Shown here: positions 56,410 to 64,000 of the stretch, in pieces
How the letters are laid out: every line of letters begins with the position of its first letter
Position numbering within the stretch: position 1 is the first letter of the stretch
Assembly: GCA_028282195.1 (NCBI GenBank)
Contig: JANQII010000148.1
Span: 24,322 to 88,321, forward strand
Length of the DNA stretch: 64,000 nt
Direction: 5' to 3'
Source of the DNA: Prolixibacteraceae bacterium
Lineage (GTDB): Bacteria > Bacteroidota > Bacteroidia > Bacteroidales > Prolixibacteraceae
Program-made: the position numbers and the translations under genes
The notes under the pieces: model-generated
What the model saw: the letters and a program-made list of their open reading frames with translations, nothing else
Told to the model about the DNA's origin: nothing
The model's database searches: none

Positions 56410-57111
56410 ATGTTGAGTCATGATATGGGGGTTAAAGAAATCCTGGAGAATCCTAAATCGGTATTCAATTTACTCACTCCGGAAGAAAAAGAAGAACTTC
56501 TTGGTAATATTACGCTCACCAACTATAAAAAAAACGAATTTATTTATAAAGAAGGAGACACGCCTTCAGGTTTCATTTTTCTTGTTGAAGGAAAAGTGAA
56601 AATTTTTAAAGAGGGTGTTGGCGGTCGCGAACAAATTATCCGCATGACAAAACCCATGGGGTATATTAGCTACCGTGCTATTCTGGCAGAAGAAAACCAC
56701 AATGCCTCAGCGGTTACACTTGAAGATTCTTTGGTTTGCCATGTAACCCCTGAATTCTTTTTTGGCAAGCTTTTACGCAACCCGGATTGTGCTGGCAGGA
56801 TCCTTCGTAAATTGGCCCGGGAGCTTGGCTTCTCTAACTCAAGAACTGTCACCCTGACTCAAAAACACATACGCGGACGTCTGGCTGAATCACTTCTTCT
56901 TTTGAAAGAAAAGTATGGTTATGAAAATGATGGTGCGACTTTGAAAGCATTCCTTTCACGCGAAGACATTGCCAATCTTTCAAATATGACCACTTCAAAT
57001 GCAATTCGCACACTTTCAACCTTTGCCGGTGAAAAGGTTATTGTAATTGATGGGAGAAAGATTAAAATTTTAGATTTACAAAAACTCGAACGAATAAGTA
57101 AATTAGGATAA
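56410..57111 (+). CDS. Crp/Fnr-family transcriptional regulator
   Basis: cNMP-binding-like domain plus HTH REDIANLSNMTTSNAIRTLS. Confidence 0.85.
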   Translation: MLSHDMGVKEILENPKSVFNLLTPEEKEELLGNITLTNYKKNEFIYKEGDTPSGFIFLVEGKVKIFKEGVGGREQIIRMTKPMGYISYRAILAEENHNASAVTLEDSLVCHVTPEFFFGKLLRNPDCAGRILRKLARELGFSNSRTVTLTQKHIRGRLAESLLLLKEKYGYENDGATLKAFLSREDIANLSNMTTSNAIRTLSTFAGEKVIVIDGRKIKILDLQKLERISKLG

Positions 57112-57205
57112 GCCTGGATTCTTGATGCCAGATAACAGATACTGGATTTCCAGGATCAAGGACCCGGTATCTGATTCAATTGAAGATTATACTGGATCCA
57201 TATTG

Positions 57206-59689
57206 TTATTCCTGAACATAAATACGCTTAACGCGTTGCGAAATTCCGGTTAGAATTTCATAGGGGATAGTGCCTGCCCATTTCGCTAATTTTGAAAGGT
57301 GGATATGTTCGCCCATCAACTCAACGGGATCACCTGCTTTAACCCCAAGCCCGGTTACATCAATCATACTCATGTCCATACAGATATTTCCAATAGTGGG
57401 AGCTTCGACTTCCTGGCTACTCATCCAAACCCTTGCATTACCATTTCCAAAACGCCTGCCATAACCATCTGCATAACCGACAGGTATAACAGCAATCTCA
57501 CGGGCTGAATCAACATTTCCTTTACGACTGTAGCCAATTGTTTCTCCGGGCCCTACAGTGCGAACCTGTGAAACGACTGTCATCCAGTGTGCAATTGGTT
57601 TGCAGGTAATCCTTGATGCTGATGAAATCCCATAAAGCCCAATTCCCAACCGTACCATCTCCATTTGAAGCTCAGGGAAACGCTCAATGCCTGCAGAATT
57701 CAGGATATGTTTATCAAATTTACACGAAAGTTTCTCTCTCAATTTCCCACTTAGTTCTTTAAACCGATCATACTGTTCCTGAGTAAACCGGTCATGTTTT
57801 GCTTCATCACTTGCAGCTAAATGAGAAAATGCAGATTTAACCTTCAAAGTGGAAGATGTGGAAATACGATTCAATACATTTTCAAATTCGTTTCCATCAC
57901 AAAAGCCCAAACGGTGCATTCCCGAGTCAATCTTAAAATGAACAGGGTAATCCCGCACAGCTAACTTTTGAGCAACCGTTTCAAAACCAACAAATAATTC
58001 TTCTGAATAAATATTGGGTTCAAGCCTAAACTCAATTATCGTCTCAAAACTATGTGCCTCCGGGTTCATCACGACAATAGGTGTTTCAATTCCCGCTTGT
58101 CGTAATTCAATTCCTTCATCTGCAACAGCCACTGCCAAATAATCCACCTTCTGATATTGAAGCATCTTAGCAACCTCAACGGTCCCACTTCCATAGGAAA
58201 AAGCTTTTACCATCACCATTATTTTGGTGGATGGCTTAAGCAAAGATTTAAATGAGTTCAGGTTCTCAATCATTTCATGAAGCCTGATCTCCAATCTTGT
58301 TCGATGATATTTCTTTTGAAGAGCAGCACTGATTCTTTCAAAATGAAAACTACGGGCCCCTTTAATTAAAATACTTTCGTTGGTGAAATCATCATTCCTG
58401 AGATTTGAAAGAAATTCATTGGTCGTTTCAAACATATCTGCAATGGATAAAAAATCTTTATTTCTTTCAAAAACCTCCCCTATTCCAATAAAGCGATCAA
58501 CTTTATTTAAATGAATAAGATTTGAAACCTCTTTTATAAGTTCCTTTTCATCCATTCCGGTTTGCTGAATGTCCGAAAGGATGACCGTTTTCTTTTTTGA
58601 CGATGTTGTTTGTTGATTTAAAAACTGAAGTGCAATTCCCAATGAGTTGATATCAGAGTTATAGTAGTCATTAATTAAGGTACAATTATTAATTCCCTCT
58701 TTCAGTTCAAGCCGCATAGCAACGGGTTGTAGATTGCCAAAAGCATCTAAAACTTCAGTTGACAATTCATTCTGGCTTATTATAAAGGCCAGGCAATGAG
58801 CCGCATTCTCGATAGAAGCATCATCAGCAAATGGAATTTTTAGCCGATATTTTTTTCCTTTATACTGAAAATTGAATTTTGTAGTATTTCTCTTTTTTTC
58901 AATTTTGAAAAACAGATCAGTATTCTCCTTTTCAAAAGACCAGCCTAATAATTCAGTTGAAGTCTTTTTGAATTTATGTTGAATCTTATTGGGAACAATC
59001 TTCTGGTCCAGGCAAAAAATTAAACGTTCACATGTTTCAAACAACTTCAGTTTTTCTTCAACTTTTTGTTCAACATCGTCAAAGTTTTCCTGGTGAGCAT
59101 CCCCAATATTGGTAAAAATGCCAATGTTGGGCATTAAAACCTTAGCTAGTTTTTCCATCTCCCCAGGTTTTGAAATACCCGCCTCAAAAATGGCCAAATC
59201 AGATTGATTGGTCATATTCAATACAGACAATGACACCCCAACCTGCGAATTATAGCTTTTAGGACTTCGGATTATTTTTCTGTTCTGTAATAATTCAAAT
59301 AACCACTCTTTAACAATTGTTTTTCCATTGCTACCTGTTATTGCCAGAACCGGATAATGATATTGCTTCCTAACCCAAGCTGCAAAATTCTGTAATGCCT
59401 GCAGGGTATCCGAAACTATTACAAAGCTTGCCTCAGAAAAATTATCTGTAAGAATAGCTTTATCTGAAATGACAAAGGAACGAACACCTTTTAAATAAAG
59501 CTCCTCTATATAATTATGTCCATTGTTTCTTTCGCCCACAATTGCAAAAAATAAAGTATGGACGGAATCTACAACTGTGCGGCTATCAATCGAAACGGAT
59601 GTAATTTTGAAATCTTCTGCAGCATTATTAAATGATTGAAGTTTACCTTCTAAAATGTCAGCTATTTGATTAAGACTTACTTCAATCAT
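57206..59689 (-). CDS. Bifunctional MurF (UDP-MurNAc-pentapeptide synthetase) / alanine racemase
   Basis: N-terminal Mur ligase AITGSNGKT. C-terminal PLP site VMVKAFSYGSG. Confidence 0.9.
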   Translation of the reverse strand: MIEVSLNQIADILEGKLQSFNNAAEDFKITSVSIDSRTVVDSVHTLFFAIVGERNNGHNYIEELYLKGVRSFVISDKAILTDNFSEASFVIVSDTLQALQNFAAWVRKQYHYPVLAITGSNGKTIVKEWLFELLQNRKIIRSPKSYNSQVGVSLSVLNMTNQSDLAIFEAGISKPGEMEKLAKVLMPNIGIFTNIGDAHQENFDDVEQKVEEKLKLFETCERLIFCLDQKIVPNKIQHKFKKTSTELLGWSFEKENTDLFFKIEKKRNTTKFNFQYKGKKYRLKIPFADDASIENAAHCLAFIISQNELSTEVLDAFGNLQPVAMRLELKEGINNCTLINDYYNSDINSLGIALQFLNQQTTSSKKKTVILSDIQQTGMDEKELIKEVSNLIHLNKVDRFIGIGEVFERNKDFLSIADMFETTNEFLSNLRNDDFTNESILIKGARSFHFERISAALQKKYHRTRLEIRLHEMIENLNSFKSLLKPSTKIMVMVKAFSYGSGTVEVAKMLQYQKVDYLAVAVADEGIELRQAGIETPIVVMNPEAHSFETIIEFRLEPNIYSEELFVGFETVAQKLAVRDYPVHFKIDSGMHRLGFCDGNEFENVLNRISTSSTLKVKSAFSHLAASDEAKHDRFTQEQYDRFKELSGKLREKLSCKFDKHILNSAGIERFPELQMEMVRLGIGLYGISSASRITCKPIAHWMTVVSQVRTVGPGETIGYSRKGNVDSAREIAVIPVGYADGYGRRFGNGNARVWMSSQEVEAPTIGNICMDMSMIDVTGLGVKAGDPVELMGEHIHLSKLAKWAGTIPYEILTGISQRVKRIYVQE

Positions 59690-59691
59690 GC

Positions 59692-60264
59692 TTACTTCTC
59701 TTTATTGTAACAACTTCTGCAAAGTGGCTCGTACTCATTTTTTTCACCAAGAAAAACTTGTTTATCTTCCGAAGTTAAACGATGTGAAAACTGGGCAATA
59801 TTTCCGCATCGCATGCAAATTGCATGAACCTTGGAAACGTAATCAGCAATTGCCATCAACTCTGGCATTGGACCAAAAGGTTTTCCTTTAAAATCCATAT
59901 CAAGCCCTGCAACGATCACGCGGATTCCCAAGTCAGCCAACTTGGAACAAACTTCAACCAACCCTTTATCAAAAAACTGGGCTTCATCAATCCCAACCAC
60001 GTCTACATCACCAGAAAGCAATAAAATATTAGACGAATTTTCGACAGCAGTACTTTGAATGGTGTTTTCATCGTGCGAAACAACATTCTCAAGCGAAAAC
60101 CGGATATCAATGATAGGTTTAAAAATCTCTACTTTCTGACGCGCAAATTTCGCCCGTCTCATGCGCCTGATCAACTCTTCTGTTTTTCCTGAAAACATTG
60201 ATCCTGCAATTATTTCAATACTTCCGCCAGATTTTCGGTGGCTGACATCCCTTTCAAGAAACAT
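59692..60264 (-). CDS. tdk: Thymidine kinase
   Basis: [11 protein letters not shown]. Zinc-ribbon cysteines CMRCG...CRSC. Confidence 0.93.
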   Translation of the reverse strand: MFLERDVSHRKSGGSIEIIAGSMFSGKTEELIRRMRRAKFARQKVEIFKPIIDIRFSLENVVSHDENTIQSTAVENSSNILLLSGDVDVVGIDEAQFFDKGLVEVCSKLADLGIRVIVAGLDMDFKGKPFGPMPELMAIADYVSKVHAICMRCGNIAQFSHRLTSEDKQVFLGEKNEYEPLCRSCYNKEK

Positions 60265-60342
60265 TTACCGTTATAGAATTAAGATTTTAGTACTTTTACA
60301 AATGTAACGAATTTGTCTAGTTAAATTGTTTATTGTTGAAAT

Positions 60343-61245
60343 ATGGATCAAAGCAAATTATTACAAATAATCAATAAGGATTTGTCGGAGCTAAAAGAGC
60401 TGGCCGAAGAACTTATTCAATCTGAGTGCCTGTCAAAAATTGAAATAGAAATTGCTGTAAGTAAAGCAAAACTTGTTTTTCAGGAGCTTGAACTACTAAA
60501 AGAAACGGCTTCAAAAGAAAACATCGAACTAAAAAAACAGCCTAAACCCATTAAAATTACGGAAGAAAAAACTGTTTCTACAATAACAGAACCTGAAGTA
60601 GTTGAACCGATACAGGTTTCGGATAATGGGAATACAAAAGGACCTGAAACATATTTGGAAGAGGTTGATGTTCATGAAACCGAACAGGAAAATGTTAAAG
60701 AAGTTGATGATGAACTTCAGGATGAATTAATTGAAGCCAGGGAAGAAAAAGAAATAATTCGGGAAGAAGTTGTTAATACTGTTGAAAGCGAAATAACAAT
60801 AAAAGAACATCAAGAAACCCCTCAGGATGAGATCAATTTAGATGAAGATTTAAACGAACAATCTTTTCAACTGGAAACAAATCCTGAAGAAGACATCAAT
60901 ATAGAAGACAGTGAAGAAGAAGAACCGGCCATTGTTATTGGAGAAACCTTTTCAAAAGGCAAATCATTAAATGATGCATTATCTGAAAGCCAAACGATTG
61001 ATCAAAAGTTTGCCAGCTCTCCAATTTCAAAATTAGAACCTGCTATTGGGCTTAATGATCGCTTCCTTTTTATTCGTGAATTATTTGATGGAAATTCTGA
61101 CAATTTTTCCAAGGCCGTTAACGACCTGGACAACTTTAACAATTTGAAAGAAGCTGTTGACTACCTCAGCACAAATTATAAGTGGAAGAAAACTGAAACA
61201 AGCCTCAAATTTGTCGAATTGGTAAAACGAAGGTTTCAGTCATGA
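60343..61245 (+). CDS. Acidic protein of unknown function
   Basis: 300 aa, E/D-rich centre. The stop overlaps the rsmI start (ATGA). Confidence 0.55.
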   Translation: MDQSKLLQIINKDLSELKELAEELIQSECLSKIEIEIAVSKAKLVFQELELLKETASKENIELKKQPKPIKITEEKTVSTITEPEVVEPIQVSDNGNTKGPETYLEEVDVHETEQENVKEVDDELQDELIEAREEKEIIREEVVNTVESEITIKEHQETPQDEINLDEDLNEQSFQLETNPEEDINIEDSEEEEPAIVIGETFSKGKSLNDALSESQTIDQKFASSPISKLEPAIGLNDRFLFIRELFDGNSDNFSKAVNDLDNFNNLKEAVDYLSTNYKWKKTETSLKFVELVKRRFQS

Positions 61246-61931
61246 GCGGTAAACTTTATCTGGTACCCACTCCAATTGGCAACCTTGATGATATGACTAT
61301 GCGAGCCATCAAGGTATTGCAAAATGTTGACTTAATTTTGGCAGAAGACACACGCACCTCATCTAAACTGCTCCATCATTTTAACATTCAGAAAAAACTT
61401 ACTGCACATCATAAATTCAACGAACATAAAACGGTGGAGACAATAGTAAACAAAATTGAAGTTGGAGAAAATATTGCATTAATCTCTGATGCCGGCACAC
61501 CAGGAATTAGCGACCCTGGCTTTTTGCTTGTTCGTAAATGCATTGAAAATGATATTGAAATCGAATGTCTTCCGGGAGCCACTGCCTTAATCCCTGCATT
61601 GGTTAACTCCGGGCTTCCTTCAGATCGGTTTTGTTTTGAAGGTTTCCTTCCTCAGAAAAAAGGCAGGCAAAAGAAAATTCAAAGCCTTATTGAAGAAGAG
61701 CGTACCATGATTTTTTATGAATCGCCATACCGGGTATTAAAAACGTTGGAACAATTTTGCGGGTTTTTTGGATCACATCGCCTGGCATCAGTTTCAAGGG
61801 AACTTTCTAAAATTCATGAAGAAACTAAAAGGGGGACACTTAGAGAACTTTTGGATTACTTTAAATCGTCGACAGTTAAAGGCGAATTTGTTATTGTTGT
61901 TGAAGGAACTAAGAACAAATCCAAATCATGA
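61242..61931 (+). CDS. rsmI: 16S rRNA (cytidine1402-2'-O)-methyltransferase
   Basis: LYLVPTPIGN, AEDTR, ISDAGTPGISDPG. Confidence 0.92.
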   Translation: MSGKLYLVPTPIGNLDDMTMRAIKVLQNVDLILAEDTRTSSKLLHHFNIQKKLTAHHKFNEHKTVETIVNKIEVGENIALISDAGTPGISDPGFLLVRKCIENDIEIECLPGATALIPALVNSGLPSDRFCFEGFLPQKKGRQKKIQSLIEEERTMIFYESPYRVLKTLEQFCGFFGSHRLASVSRELSKIHEETKRGTLRELLDYFKSSTVKGEFVIVVEGTKNKSKS

Positions 61932-62680
61932 GAATATACGACCATCTTTTTTTCGATCTAGATAATACCCTCTGGGACTTTGACAAAAACTCTCGTTTAG
62001 CATTATTTGAAACCCTTAATGAATTCGGATTATCTAATAATAAGATATCTCATGAAGACTTTTACAATTCGTATAAAGAATTAAATGAGTCACTCTGGGA
62101 TGCCTACAGAAAAAAACAAATATCCAAGCCTGAATTAATAAGAACCCGTTTCAAAAATACATTAAACCTCTTTCAAATAAATAACATTGATCCTGTTTTA
62201 ATGAATGAAGCTTATCTAAAAAACATGGCCAACCAAACCATATTGGTAGACGGGGCAATTGAAACACTTGACTACTTAAAAGCTAAAGGTTACCAAATGC
62301 ATATTATTACCAATGGCTTTACAGATGTCCAAAATCAGAAATTATTAACATCTGGGTTAAGGAAATACTTCGATAAAGTTTTTACCTCTGAAGCCATAGA
62401 ATATCCAAAGCCTGATGTTCGCATTTTTCAGCATGCACTAAAAAGCTGTAATGTTAAAAAAGAAAAAAGTTTAATGATAGGCGACTCCTGGGATGTTGAC
62501 ATAAAAGGAGCTAAGGAGTTCGGGATTGATCAGGTGTTTTTTCAAAAAGAAAATCAGAATTATTTCTTACTAAATCTAAATGCAAATCAGTATACGAATA
62601 ACATCTTTTTATTAGAAAGTCATACAAACTCTAAAACATTTTCAACTTCATCCTTAATTTATTTATTGGAAATTCTATAA
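61928..62680 (+). CDS. HAD-superfamily hydrolase (YjjG-like nucleotidase type)
   Basis: Motif I FFDLDNTLWD. Motif IV GDSWDVDIKGA. ATGA overlap with rsmI. Confidence 0.8.
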   Translation: MRIYDHLFFDLDNTLWDFDKNSRLALFETLNEFGLSNNKISHEDFYNSYKELNESLWDAYRKKQISKPELIRTRFKNTLNLFQINNIDPVLMNEAYLKNMANQTILVDGAIETLDYLKAKGYQMHIITNGFTDVQNQKLLTSGLRKYFDKVFTSEAIEYPKPDVRIFQHALKSCNVKKEKSLMIGDSWDVDIKGAKEFGIDQVFFQKENQNYFLLNLNANQYTNNIFLLESHTNSKTFSTSSLIYLLEIL

Positions 62681-63079
62681 TTTGTTTACATCGTATTTAA
62701 CGATTTTCGAGATTAAAAGAGGCATAAAAACTGAATAAATCAGATTTAATATTTTTTGATCATAAATGTAAATAATCCTATTGTATTTTGCTCCCCGGAA
62801 AATCAACTGAATGAATTTTTATTATTGAAAAAATTATAAATATTCATTTTGCTTAACATCATAATAGATTAATAATTTAATCGGACCTCAATTTAGACCA
62901 TCTCTAAATAAGATTATAGTAAAATTAAAGCAGATGATTCAAAAATGTACTTCAGAAGGGATATATCTAGTTTTATACATATAGTTCATATTTTCTAAAA
63001 GCTCTTTTAAACATGACAAATGTCATATTTTAACATTGATGCTTTATACCACATTTCTTTCGTAGATACAATATTTTTT

Positions 63080-63087
63080 TACTTTTG
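63080..63087 (+). promoter_or_regulatory. Candidate Bacteroidota -7 promoter box (TAnnTTTG)
   Basis: TACTTTTG, 212 nt upstream of the SusC-like ATG. A single motif match only. Confidence 0.3.
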
Positions 63088-63298
63088 CATATTGTTAAAA
63101 TTTGTTAACAAACCAGAAATGGTTGATGCTCACTTGAAATTGAAGGGTTTACATTAAAATATTTAAGTTTTCTACAGGTGTAGTTTGTTTGGGGGAACAA
63201 TTGCACTTGTTTTTCATTTTATATGGGGATATAAAATTATCATTGTCTTTACATTATTATAAAAGAATTGATGCTGTTTAATTATTAAAATTATTTCT

Positions 63299-64000
63299 AT
63301 GAAAAAAATCGCATTATTACTTGCAATTTTTGCTATTGGTTTGTCGTCTGTTTTTGCGCAAACCAAAGAAATTTCAGGAACAGTTACTTCCGCAGATGAT
63401 GGCAGTACTCTTCCAGGGGTTTCAGTAGCAGTTAAAGGTACCACTCTTGGTACAATTACTGATCTTGATGGGAAATATACGCTTAAAGTTCCTCAAGACG
63501 CACAAACTCTCGTATTCTCATTTGTAGGGATGGAAACAACGGAAGCTGCCATTACAGGTGACATTGTCAATATTGAAATGGCTTCCGATGTTGTTGGTAT
63601 TAATGAAGTTGTAGTTACTGCAATTGGTATTCAGAAAGAGACAAAAGCTCTTGGTTATTCTGTACAAAAAGTTGGTGGAGACGATATAGTTAGATCCAAC
63701 AACACCAACCTTGTAAATTCTATTGGGGGTAAAGTTTCAGGTGTTCAGGTAACTAACTCTTCGGGTACCGCTGGTGGATCATCATTTATTACAATTCGAG
63801 GTATGGCATCTTTAACAAGAAACAACCAACCTCTTTTCGTAGTAGATGGCATTCCAATCGATAACTCGATGAATTATTCCGGCAATCCTGATGATGGAAG
63901 AAACAACCTTACTGATGGGGTTGCTTATTCAAACAGAGCAATTGATATTAATCCTGATGACATTGCTGAAATGGCAATCTTAAAAGGTGGGGCTGCTACA
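63299..64000 (+). CDS. SusC/RagA-family TonB-dependent outer membrane receptor (5-prime partial, runs off the window)
   Basis: My own translation gives MKKIALLLAIFAIGLSSVFAQ, then the carboxypeptidase-regulatory-like ISGTVTSADDGSTLPGVSVAVKGTTLGTITDLDGKYTL, then plug motifs ITIRG...PLFVVDGIP. The frame stays open to nt 64000. Confidence 0.88.
   Translation, partial: MKKIALLLAIFAIGLSSVFAQTKEISGTVTSADDGSTLPGVSVAVKGTTLGTITDLDGKYTLKVPQDAQTLVFSFVGMETTEAAITGDIVNIEMASDVVGINEVVVTAIGIQKETKALGYSVQKVGGDDIVRSNNTNLVNSIGGKVSGVQVTNSSGTAGGSSFITIRGMASLTRNNQPLFVVDGIPIDNSMNYSGNPDDGRNNLTDGVAYSNRAIDINPDDIAEMAILKGGAAT

Noticed and set aside
63214-63444. 76-aa minus-strand ORF
   Set aside because: It is a shadow of the SusC-like gene start on the plus strand.

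Overview
The gene content suggests a chromosomal segment from a Bacteroidota genome; this is an inference from a GldB-like lipoprotein, a SusC-type TonB receptor, a MurF-Alr fusion, a TAnnTTTG-type promoter box and low GC. Most of the window is housekeeping: obg, adk, hpt, purE, glnA-like, ggt, nadE, tdk, rsmI, murF/alr, plus regulators and SDRs. No rRNA, tRNA, CRISPR array, transposase or integrase was found.

Three accessory regions stand out.

(1) 26.9-42.5 kb is a tightly packed minus-strand operon. It encodes TolC, an MFP adaptor, two RND permeases, two paralogous ABC ATPases and two ABC-2 permeases. One RND permease is covalently fused to an ABC ATPase (1568 aa), and the N-terminus of that ATPase is split by a membrane insertion of about 180 aa. 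One ABC-2 permease carries a large M1-peptidase-like ectodomain in which I find no HEXXH motif.

(2) 19.0-26.6 kb, directly downstream on the same strand, is an AT-rich polymorphic-toxin locus. Two Sec-signal 'mini-Rhs-core' toxins share an N-terminus up to a DPDG junction and then carry unrelated C-terminal domains; one is a WHH/AHH-type HNH nuclease. Each toxin is followed by a small immunity-like gene and preceded by secreted transglutaminase-like/helical-repeat paralogues, one of which is truncated and frameshifted. A trail of small membrane or lipoprotein ORFs follows.

(3) 51.5-52.3 kb holds a small ORF plus a 207-aa protein with a DUF3990/ADP-ribosyltransferase-like motif pattern.

Several non-coding repeat families are visible. 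They are an 8-copy 11-bp motif with about 21-bp phasing at 18.77-18.94 kb, helically phased GTCAT/ATGAC inverted arrays, GC-rich REP-like hairpins, and a roughly 35-nt repeat between a histidine kinase and its response regulator. All functional calls rest on motif recognition by eye; no database search was run.
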